NCBI GenBank assembly: GCA_049472215.1
Contig: JBLIRH010000002.1
Location: 23,815-87,814 of the forward strand
Length of the DNA stretch: 64,000 nt
Reading direction: 5' to 3'
Origin: Thermoplasmatota archaeon
Lineage (GTDB): Archaea > Thermoplasmatota > Penumbrarchaeia > Penumbrarchaeales > Penumbrarchaeaceae
Made by a program: the position numbers and the translations under genes
Notes under the pieces: model-generated
What the model was told of the DNA's origin: nothing
Databases searched by the model: none
What the model saw: only the letters and a program-made list of their open reading frames with translations
Shown: in pieces, positions 56,275 to 64,000 of the stretch
Numbering within the stretch: position 1 is the stretch's first letter
Layout: every line of letters starts with the position of its first letter

Positions 56275-56865
56275 ATGTCCGACGCCATCACCGCGGGTTC
56301 GGTCTTCATGGACCTAGTTCGGATCGTTGTCACGCTGCTTCCGGCCATGACGGCAAACACCTTCGCTCCTTTTCTCGGAGGCGGGAAACCGGTGGACTTC
56401 GGACGGACCAGAAAGGACGGGAGGAGGTATCTCGGAGACGGGAAGACCTGGAGGGGGACGATCGGGGGCATCAGCTGCGCGGCCCTTTTGGGACTTGTCC
56501 TGCTCCTGCTCCTGCATTTTACAGGATTGTCCGATATGGATGATTCGTTGTGGGGCCCTTTTCCTGTGAATCTGGTGTTGATCATCGTTCTCCCCATGGG
56601 ATCACTTTTCGGTGACATGCTCGGGAGCTTCATCAAAAGGGCCCTGAACAGACCCAGGGGAAAGAAGACCCCTCTTCTGGACCAGTGGGACTACGTCATC
56701 GGGACGATCATCTTCATCCTGCCGTTTTACCCCTGGTGGTTCGATACCTTCATCGCCGGCGGGGCATGGATCGCTTCCATCCTTTTCCTGGTCGTGGCTT
56801 TCCTTGCCCACACGGTCGCGAACTGGATCGGCTACTGGATCGGTGTCAAGAAAGAGCCCTGGTAG
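56275..56865 (+). CDS. carS: CDP-archaeol synthase
   Basis: MTANTFAPFLGGGKPVDFGRTRKDGRRYLGDGKTWRGTIGG...LLDQWDYVIG; multiple TM segments; ATG 56275 preferred. Confidence 0.88.
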   Translation: MSDAITAGSVFMDLVRIVVTLLPAMTANTFAPFLGGGKPVDFGRTRKDGRRYLGDGKTWRGTIGGISCAALLGLVLLLLLHFTGLSDMDDSLWGPFPVNLVLIIVLPMGSLFGDMLGSFIKRALNRPRGKKTPLLDQWDYVIGTIIFILPFYPWWFDTFIAGGAWIASILFLVVAFLAHTVANWIGYWIGVKKEPW

Positions 56866-56936
56866 CCTGATATTTCGAATAATACCCATAAGGATATTAA
56901 TAAATACCATAAAATTCATGATAAAAACGGGATGGT

Positions 56937-57479
56937 ATGCCGCGCTGGGATGTCCACCTTAGCTTCGGTTTAATGGCGTTCATAGTCATATTCTCAGCTC
57001 TGCTCATGGGTTCCAGCGACGGGCGCTCCCTTGAAGGATATGCTCGCGCAGCTGTATTGTTCGGCATCGTAGGGCTGCTTGGAGGAGGCGCCCTGGTCTT
57101 CGGGTCGGTCCTTCCGGACATCGACGGGAAGGGGAAGGTCCGGTGGATGGTGGGTCCTGCCGTCGGCGCTCTGCTTTTCGTACCACCCCTTATCGGAACC
57201 TTCAGGAGCGGGGGGCCGAGCGGAGCAATGGAGTTTATCGAGGGAACAGGATCGCTTCTCTTCCTTCTGGGAACTGTTGTCGGTTATCTGCTTCTGCTCG
57301 TTCCCACGAGGCACAGGGGAATACTGCATAGCAAATGGACCTGCGCAGCATACGGAAGCGTCTGGGGAGTATACGTCTTCTACACCGCATCCATGGCGTT
57401 CGATCAGTCCATGATGATAGGCTCGATGGGAGCTCTGGGGTATGGATGGCACCTGGCCCTTGACGGCAGGTTACTCTAG
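56937..57479 (+). CDS. YdjM-like membrane-bound metal-dependent hydrolase
   Basis: VHLSFGL...GSVLPDIDGKGK...RHRGILHSKWTC...GALGYGWHLALDG. Confidence 0.7.
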   Translation: MPRWDVHLSFGLMAFIVIFSALLMGSSDGRSLEGYARAAVLFGIVGLLGGGALVFGSVLPDIDGKGKVRWMVGPAVGALLFVPPLIGTFRSGGPSGAMEFIEGTGSLLFLLGTVVGYLLLLVPTRHRGILHSKWTCAAYGSVWGVYVFYTASMAFDQSMMIGSMGALGYGWHLALDGRLL

Positions 57480-60400
57480 GACCTCGGCTACCAGTACCTC
57501 CTCGGTCTCGGGCGGCTCAACGGGGTAAGAAGCCTGGACCACAACGGCCTCCTCGACCGGGACAGGTCTGCTTCTCGATCCCGGGAGAATGACCAGGAGG
57601 AACAAGATCACCAGAACGGATAATATGACGAACGCTACAATGACAACTGCTATAATTGCGCTGAAACCTTCATTCGTGGCGGTGGAAAGGGAGTATACCT
57701 CTATCTCTCCGCTGGTCCTCATAAGCTCGCTCCCGGATTCGCAGACCACCTCGACGCTGTAATTGTAGGTCCCGGGGGATGCCAGGACCTGCAGGTCCGC
57801 TCCGTAGATGGAGTCGCCCGCAACCCTGTCCCCATCCCTGCCGTCATCCTTCAGCTCGATCCTGCCACCGTCGAGTATGATCTCCGAAACAAAGAACACC
57901 GACCGGATGGGGATCACTGAATCGACCCTCAGCTCCATATGGATGATCTGTCCCTCGAAGACCCTGTCGTCGCTAACGGTGAAGGTGCAATCCGCTTCCG
58001 CCACTATCTCGACCTCCACCTCTTCCCCGTCCGAGGCCCCTTCGCTGTCGATGACCGTGACCGTGACCATGTGAATGCCGGGGGTCGCTGAAAGAGAGGG
58101 GAGGAATTCAAGAGAGAAGACACCGTCGCCCTCTACCGGGTCCGGATGCGTCCCGTCATCTCTCATCACGACACGGGCGGGACCATCCATGGATGACAGG
58201 TCTGCAACGACCGTTAGCAGATCACCCGGGAGGTCGGGATCTTCCACTTCTGCGGTCAACAGCAAAGGAGTATTGCCGTCAAGGGGCAACGGCTGGGGTG
58301 CCGTTATGACCCTAATAATCTCGGGGGGTGAGTTAGGGTTCTGGACCCGGACCTCGCAGTTTGCAACTGCCGAGTAACGATCACCATCGTATGCCCTGGC
58401 ATAGATCGTGTAATCTCCGTTCTCGAGGGTCTTGGTGTCCAGCTGGAAATCCCAATCCTCCTTCCCGTCCGCCGGAGCCCAGTTCATCGAATACCCATCT
58501 CCCTCGATGCGCACATCGACGCGGTCGATATTCCCATCGTCGCTGGCCGTCCCCCTTATGGTCACCTTCCCCGAAAGCGGCCCTTCGGGGCATTCCAGAG
58601 TTACCTCTGGGGGATAGTTGTAATCGGCCGACCTCACAAGGACCTTGACCGTGTCGGAAGACCAGTAGCCATCATCGTCCATCACCTCGAATCGGGCAGT
58701 GTACTGTCCTTCCTCCTCATACCCGGAGTAATAAAAAGTGAGGCTGGTCTCGGAATCGAACTCCCAATCCCCGTCGGATTCCACATCCCATCGGGAGCGG
58801 ACGATCTCTCCGTCGGGATCCTCGGCCGATCCCGAGAACTCGACCTCGCTCAGGGCCTTCACATCCAGATCTGCCCCCGCATCCGCGGTCGGAACCTGAT
58901 TGAGCTTGAAATAATAGAGGAAGGTGGTCGTCGAGCCCCTTTCCCCGGCCCACAAGCGTACTCCGGATCTATTCGAGCCGACGGAAACCGATAGTTCCAC
59001 GATCTCACCGCTTTTTACCTCGAGCTCCTCTATATCCAGGATCACCTCGAAGGTCATGTTCGAACCGGAACCTGGATGTTCGAAAAGGGAGGTTTCCATG
59101 GCCTCGCCGGTCTCGGTAAGGATCTCGATCCTTACCTCAAGAAGACTGGGGGCGGCGGCTTCGAACACCAGAGCGGGCCTGACCGCGGTGTGGAGGATTA
59201 TGGTCCGCTCAACGGGCTCCATCCTCCATTTCCCTATTTCCAGGGGAGAGAGCGAGGTAGGTACTGCAAAATAGGCCGACCTGCCGGGCTCAGCGGAAAG
59301 TCCAAGACTTCCGTTGAGGTATAGGTCCATCTCCAGGGAGCTAACGCCCGTCACGTTGACCTGGACCTCATCCTCGTTCGTGCTCTCCTCGCCTCCGTTG
59401 TCCTTCACCCTCAATTTCGCATTGAAGGTCCCGCCCATTTTGTAGAAGTGGGTAATGGTGGGCTGGTCGATCCATCCCGTTGAAGTGCCGTCCCCGAAAT
59501 CGAAGTTGTAGGAGACGACCGCTCCCCCCCTTATGTTCGTGTCAGTGGACCCCGAACCGTCGAATGTGAACTCGGTTATCGTCGTGCCTGTCTGGGGGGT
59601 AACCTCAAGCTGGGCGATCGGCGGTGAATTGAATCCCAGAACGGAAACGGGTCTCTCGGCGGAGTTGTTGTCCTCGTTCGATTCATCTATCTCATCCTCG
59701 GGGTCGGCGATAACTGTGATCGCATGGATCCCGGCGTTCGCCTCCCAGGTCACTTCAGCGATACCGAAGCTGCCGCTTTCGATATCCATAGTGTCCTCTC
59801 CGATGACGGTTCCGGTCCTTTCCGGTCCGTCAATGAACCGGACCAAAGCATCCTCGACATACGTCGATCCCGTGTTGTTGACCCGGGCTGTGATCGTTAT
59901 CCTGTCCCCGGTCTCCGGGCGGGTCTCGGAGATCCAAACTGCCAGAGGGGTGATCGAGAGGTCAGGGGGAAGGGAATCGTAGATGATCGTGGAGTTCATT
60001 TCCTCCATCCGGCCGTCTATGCCGTTGATGGAGACAGACCCACGGAAAGTTCGGGTTTCCCCGATCCTTCCAAAGGGACGTACCTTCATACCAAGACCGG
60101 GGGTGGCCTGCTCGGTGGTGTCATTGTAATCTATCAATATCCGGACCACCCAGTCGGACCCGAGAAGAACAGGCCCCTGAACCGTATGCTGCGCCGAGGT
60201 CGAATCAGGATCGACCCAAATATCCGTGGGAACCCCCCAATCACCAGGGGTCCTCACCTCCATAAGTACCTGGTCTCCCTGGGTGTCATAATCCGTCTTG
60301 GTGAAATGCCCGGCGTAGCTGACATCGGTAGGATCGTTGAGACGCACCTCGTCCGGGACGAAGAGGCCGAAATCGCGCAGGTCCTGGGACCGCTTGACAG

Positions 60401-61805
60401 CACCGTATGCATCTATCGCGCCCCATCCGGACCTGTAATTGTATTTTTCATCCAGATCGGGCCTGGATGCGGAGAACCTCTGTTGAGCAGTATCCCGGAG
60501 GATCTGCTTTATATCACGGGGTGTAAGTGAAGGATCAGCTTCCAGCATGAGAGCGACTATTCCGGACACGTGGGGAGTTGCCATGGATGTCCCGGACATG
60601 TCGACGTAGTCCGCGATGGAATTGTGCTTTGGCGCCCTGATCTGCCTGCCGGGTGCAACGACGTCCGGCTTCAATTCGTCGATCCTGTCGTTGTCACCGT
60701 CCGATGACCTCGGCCCGTAGTTCGAATAGTACTCGACGTCGTCGTCGTCCCTTTCGATGGTAGAATGGTCATTCACCGCTCCCACAGTGATGGCGCCATC
60801 AGCAGATGCAGGACTGGGCATGCCCTGCTCTCCGTCGTTGCCTGCTGCAACGACCACCGCGACCCCTTCGTCCACTAACTGGTTCACAAGCCTCGACGTC
60901 GTGTCCCTTCCCGTGGTGAAGACAGTGGAGCCCCATGAACAGGACACGACCCTTATATCGAACTCCAGGTGATTCTCGATCACCCATTCGAGGGCTCTAT
61001 CCGCCGCTCCGGTGAAGTCCCCCTGGACCCTTGCATATCTGAGGTCTACCAGTTGTGCCGCCGGGGCGGTTCCCTGGTACGTACCGGAATTCCCTCCGGT
61101 TCCCATGACGGTCCCTGCGACATGGGTCCCATGACCGTCGATATCGTCTGGATCGAGACCCGGTATGGTCGTGGTCCCCGTGAAATCAACTCCGTAGACA
61201 TATTTCCCCCGTAGTGATTCGTGAACGTTGTTGTCCACACCGGAATCTATCACGGCGACCACCAACCCTTCACCCGTGTATCCGAGATCAGTGGCCGTCA
61301 TAGGCGAATATGTTGTGGAATCCCTTGCCCTTGTCGCCGGAGACGAGACGTCCAGGTAGTTGACGAAGACCGGCCTGTACTCTATCATCGTGATATCCGG
61401 GGCGAATATCCCCTGCAAACCTGGGATGAGGGGCCTCGGAACAGTCAGGTATAGGGCGGTCGAATATTTTCCGGCGTGGAGGAAGGTCGATCCTGGGCCC
61501 AATTCCAAGAGCGAACCCATGATCCGAAGGGCATCATTATAGGTCGGGTAGTGATCGAAATGGACGTTTATCCCGACCAGGGACCCATCACCGTCCAGGG
61601 TCGATGGATCTTCTTCAAGGAGGTCGTCGATCCTGTTCCCGTTGACGTCCCGGTCCCAACCGCTCCAATCGAAGGGGATCACCTCCCGCGTTTCCCAGGG
61701 ATCGATCCCGTTGGGGACTCCGGATGTCTCACTTCCCCCAATTACCGGCAGGACCGGGATCGCTAGAAGAAGGGCAAATGCAAGTACCTTGAGGACTCTG
61801 GACAT
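57471..61805 (-). CDS. Very large subtilisin-like serine protease (S8), membrane-anchored, with CARDB/PKD-like domains
   Basis: Asp: VVAVIDSGVDNNVH; His: DIDGHGTHVAGTVMGTGG; Ser: MSGTSMATPHVSGIVALML; Ig/PKD-like repeats; C-term TM AIIAVVIVAFVILSVLVILFLLVILP; start ATG 61805 or 61832. Confidence 0.88.
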   Translation of the reverse strand: MSRVLKVLAFALLLAIPVLPVIGGSETSGVPNGIDPWETREVIPFDWSGWDRDVNGNRIDDLLEEDPSTLDGDGSLVGINVHFDHYPTYNDALRIMGSLLELGPGSTFLHAGKYSTALYLTVPRPLIPGLQGIFAPDITMIEYRPVFVNYLDVSSPATRARDSTTYSPMTATDLGYTGEGLVVAVIDSGVDNNVHESLRGKYVYGVDFTGTTTIPGLDPDDIDGHGTHVAGTVMGTGGNSGTYQGTAPAAQLVDLRYARVQGDFTGAADRALEWVIENHLEFDIRVVSCSWGSTVFTTGRDTTSRLVNQLVDEGVAVVVAAGNDGEQGMPSPASADGAITVGAVNDHSTIERDDDDVEYYSNYGPRSSDGDNDRIDELKPDVVAPGRQIRAPKHNSIADYVDMSGTSMATPHVSGIVALMLEADPSLTPRDIKQILRDTAQQRFSASRPDLDEKYNYRSGWGAIDAYGAVKRSQDLRDFGLFVPDEVRLNDPTDVSYAGHFTKTDYDTQGDQVLMEVRTPGDWGVPTDIWVDPDSTSAQHTVQGPVLLGSDWVVRILIDYNDTTEQATPGLGMKVRPFGRIGETRTFRGSVSINGIDGRMEEMNSTIIYDSLPPDLSITPLAVWISETRPETGDRITITARVNNTGSTYVEDALVRFIDGPERTGTVIGEDTMDIESGSFGIAEVTWEANAGIHAITVIADPEDEIDESNEDNNSAERPVSVLGFNSPPIAQLEVTPQTGTTITEFTFDGSGSTDTNIRGGAVVSYNFDFGDGTSTGWIDQPTITHFYKMGGTFNAKLRVKDNGGEESTNEDEVQVNVTGVSSLEMDLYLNGSLGLSAEPGRSAYFAVPTSLSPLEIGKWRMEPVERTIILHTAVRPALVFEAAAPSLLEVRIEILTETGEAMETSLFEHPGSGSNMTFEVILDIEELEVKSGEIVELSVSVGSNRSGVRLWAGERGSTTTFLYYFKLNQVPTADAGADLDVKALSEVEFSGSAEDPDGEIVRSRWDVESDGDWEFDSETSLTFYYSGYEEEGQYTARFEVMDDDGYWSSDTVKVLVRSADYNYPPEVTLECPEGPLSGKVTIRGTASDDGNIDRVDVRIEGDGYSMNWAPADGKEDWDFQLDTKTLENGDYTIYARAYDGDRYSAVANCEVRVQNPNSPPEIIRVITAPQPLPLDGNTPLLLTAEVEDPDLPGDLLTVVADLSSMDGPARVVMRDDGTHPDPVEGDGVFSLEFLPSLSATPGIHMVTVTVIDSEGASDGEEVEVEIVAEADCTFTVSDDRVFEGQIIHMELRVDSVIPIRSVFFVSEIILDGGRIELKDDGRDGDRVAGDSIYGADLQVLASPGTYNYSVEVVCESGSELMRTSGEIEVYSLSTATNEGFSAIIAVVIVAFVILSVLVILFLLVILPGSRSRPVPVEEAVVVQASYPVEPPETEEVLVAEVLE

Positions 61806-62074
61806 CCCTGTTATTCTCCTGTGATCAACCATTGGATGACTGTGATGGAACTAACGTCTGGACTTATTTATAGATTTATACTAGTTTTCCGGCCATGCCA
61901 TGATGACCTTCCTCTGAAAGGTCTCGACCCGATGTTATCTTAATTAAGTTTAATTAGAAGAATTTATGGGAATCCATTTGAAATACCGTATCCGAACCGT
62001 GTTTCATCCTAATTGTCCAATCATTATTACAAGGAATGTCCAACCACTATTGCTATCTTTGATATATATGAGGC

Positions 62075-63307
62075 TTGAATGGTCATGCGGTCTCCATGTT
62101 CCTCACACTGGTTCTCAAATCCTTCAAGATGAGAAAGTCCAGATATATCCTACCTACGGTTTCACTCTTGATCGGCATATCCATGATCACCTCCCTGGTG
62201 ATGGTATCCTTGGAAACGGAAGACAGGATCGCTCGAGGTTTACGGGCCTTCGGCCCCAATCTCCTTGTTGTTCCCAGGAGCGAAGATATCCAACTCAACG
62301 TGGGTGAGATCAACCTTGGAATGATCACCGAGACCGAGTACATGAGCGAATATGATGCTGTGATGATAAGGGACCTGCCACCCGAGGTCTTCGGTGACAA
62401 GGTCAAGGGCGTACTCGGCAAGAACGCATTGCTTTATTCCAAGGCAAGGGTGGACGGTTCAACGGACATCATCTTTGTAGGCACGTGGTTCGAGGAACTC
62501 GAAAGCATCAATCTTTGGTGGGAAATCTCGGGGAAATATCCCACCGATCATGGTTCCGTTGTTCTTGGTGTGGAAGCGGCACGTGTTCTTAAGAAGGGCA
62601 TTGGAGACAAAGTGAACCTTGATTATTCAGATTACAAGCTTGAGAACGAGACCAAGGTCCCTTTCACATCAAATCGTGACTTCACAATTTCCGGTATCGT
62701 TTCCACCGGAGGGAATGACGATTCGAGGATATTCGGCGATCTTGACATGGTCCAATCATTCACAGGCAAGGAAGGGCTGGTGAACATAATGCACCTATCC
62801 GCTCTCTGTAACGGGTGTCCTCTTGAGGATATTGCAGAGGTTATCGAGAACAACGTGGAGAGTGTCGAGGTAAAGACCGTGAAACAGGTCGCCATGGCGG
62901 AGATGGACACTCTGGATCTTGTTCAGAACCTCGTCGGACTGATCACTGTCATCTCCCTCGGGGCTTCCATACTTGCAGTTATGACCACGCTGAGCTTGAG
63001 CGTGGTGGAGAGAAGGAAAGAGATCGGCCTGATGAAAGCGGTTGGGGCCCATAATCTGAACATCTCGATGATCTTCATTGGGGAAGGGATCATTATATCG
63101 ATCGTTTCCGGCATACTTGGATTCGTTTCAGGTATCGGCATCTCGCAATTGATAGGCCAGTATGTATTCGGGACCTCTGTAGGAGTAAGGTACGAGTTGA
63201 TCCTCCTCTCTTTGCTAACTGCCCTGGGTATAGTGTTCATCGCAGCGATATTTCCCCTTAGGAAGGCCATGATGGTTGACCCGGCCGTTGTCCTGAGAGG
63301 TGAATGA
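62075..63307 (+). CDS. FtsX/MacB-family ABC transporter permease
   Basis: N-terminal TM, long extracytoplasmic domain, C-terminal LSVVERRKEIGLMKAVGAHNLNISMIFIGEG typical FtsX-family motif. Confidence 0.85.
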   Translation: MNGHAVSMFLTLVLKSFKMRKSRYILPTVSLLIGISMITSLVMVSLETEDRIARGLRAFGPNLLVVPRSEDIQLNVGEINLGMITETEYMSEYDAVMIRDLPPEVFGDKVKGVLGKNALLYSKARVDGSTDIIFVGTWFEELESINLWWEISGKYPTDHGSVVLGVEAARVLKKGIGDKVNLDYSDYKLENETKVPFTSNRDFTISGIVSTGGNDDSRIFGDLDMVQSFTGKEGLVNIMHLSALCNGCPLEDIAEVIENNVESVEVKTVKQVAMAEMDTLDLVQNLVGLITVISLGASILAVMTTLSLSVVERRKEIGLMKAVGAHNLNISMIFIGEGIIISIVSGILGFVSGIGISQLIGQYVFGTSVGVRYELILLSLLTALGIVFIAAIFPLRKAMMVDPAVVLRGE

Positions 63308-63989
63308 ATTGGCCGATGATGTCCTGGTCGAGATCAAGGGTGTAAATAAGATCTATCCTCCAAAAACCAAGGCTCTGGATGAGATCGATCTGAAGATCTT
63401 CGATGGCGATTGGACTGTGATCATGGGTCCTTCAGGGTCTGGAAAGACCACGCTTCTTAATCTGATCTCCTGCCTTGACAGACCTTCTTATGGAGAGATC
63501 AAGGTCCTTGGGGAGGATCCGAATAGCATGTCAGATCGTACGCTCGCGGTCTTCAGAAGGAACAATATAGGCATGATCTTTCAGCAGTACCATCTCATAC
63601 CATACCTCTCAGCTTTGGAAAACGTGGAGATCGCTCAATATTTTCACAGTATTGTCGATAGGGATTCGGCGAAAGAAGCATTGGTCCGGTTCGGCATGGA
63701 AGACCGCCTTGACCATATTCCCTCGAAACTTTCAGGAGGGGAACAACAAAGAGTCTCGATCGCAAGGGCTCTGATCAACGAACCGAGATTGATCCTTGCC
63801 GATGAACCCACAGGGAACCTTGACAGGAAGAACGGCCTCAGGATAATGGAGATCCTCAAAGAGCTCAACTCGAAGGGAATGACAATAGTATTCGTTACCC
63901 ATGATAATGAACTTGCTTCATGGGGCGATCGGATCGTAAAGCTGGAGGATGGCAGGATCGCTGATGATATTCAGAACGACAACAGGTGA
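63300..63989 (+). CDS. LolD/MacB-type ABC transporter ATP-binding protein
   Basis: VIMGPSGSGKTTLLNLISCLDRP Walker A; LSGGEQQRVSIARAL signature; LILADEPTGNLD Walker B. Confidence 0.93.
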   Translation: MNELADDVLVEIKGVNKIYPPKTKALDEIDLKIFDGDWTVIMGPSGSGKTTLLNLISCLDRPSYGEIKVLGEDPNSMSDRTLAVFRRNNIGMIFQQYHLIPYLSALENVEIAQYFHSIVDRDSAKEALVRFGMEDRLDHIPSKLSGGEQQRVSIARALINEPRLILADEPTGNLDRKNGLRIMEILKELNSKGMTIVFVTHDNELASWGDRIVKLEDGRIADDIQNDNR

Positions 63990-64000
63990 TCGAATGGCAA

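Noticed and set aside
1-64000. CRISPR arrays, transposons, prophage or tRNA/rRNA genes
   Set aside because: I saw no regularly spaced direct repeats, transposase/integrase motifs or cloverleaf-like sequences; a tRNAscan/Infernal run would be needed to exclude small RNAs fully.

Overview
The window is chromosomal DNA from an archaeon, most likely Euryarchaeota of the Thermoplasmatota type (inferred from gene content: TrmY, class I LysRS, GfcR-like PRTase, CDP-archaeol synthase, geranylgeranyl reductase, many large secreted PKD/beta-helix proteins). It is densely coded with no visible rRNA, tRNA, CRISPR or transposase. The standout is a minus-strand five-gene operon at 39258-44763 with hypE just upstream. 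It encodes NuoE-like and NuoF-like subunits, a fusion protein, a HoxU/NuoG-like subunit, and a [NiFe]-hydrogenase large subunit. The fusion protein joins a [NiFe]-hydrogenase small-subunit N-domain, a 2x[4Fe-4S] domain and an [FeFe]-hydrogenase-like H-cluster domain. The C-terminal Cys-rich segment normally found at the end of the [NiFe] small subunit (VCAMCPLQGESC..ICLGPLTYSGCNAYCTRNGSTCIGCRG) lies instead at the C-terminus of the HoxU-like protein, so the small subunit appears split across two chimeric polypeptides. The H-cluster domain keeps four cluster cysteines but has Trp where the proton-transfer Cys should be. Secondary points of interest are a trio of adjacent KaiC/RecA-fold proteins with one intact and two degenerate P-loops, a five-gene cluster with a Cdc48-N-like barrel, coiled-coil proteins and a tandem PRC-barrel protein, a ferredoxin-geranylgeranyl reductase pair, and many membrane-anchored extracellular proteins including two subtilases. 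All family calls come from reading sequence motifs; no database search was run.
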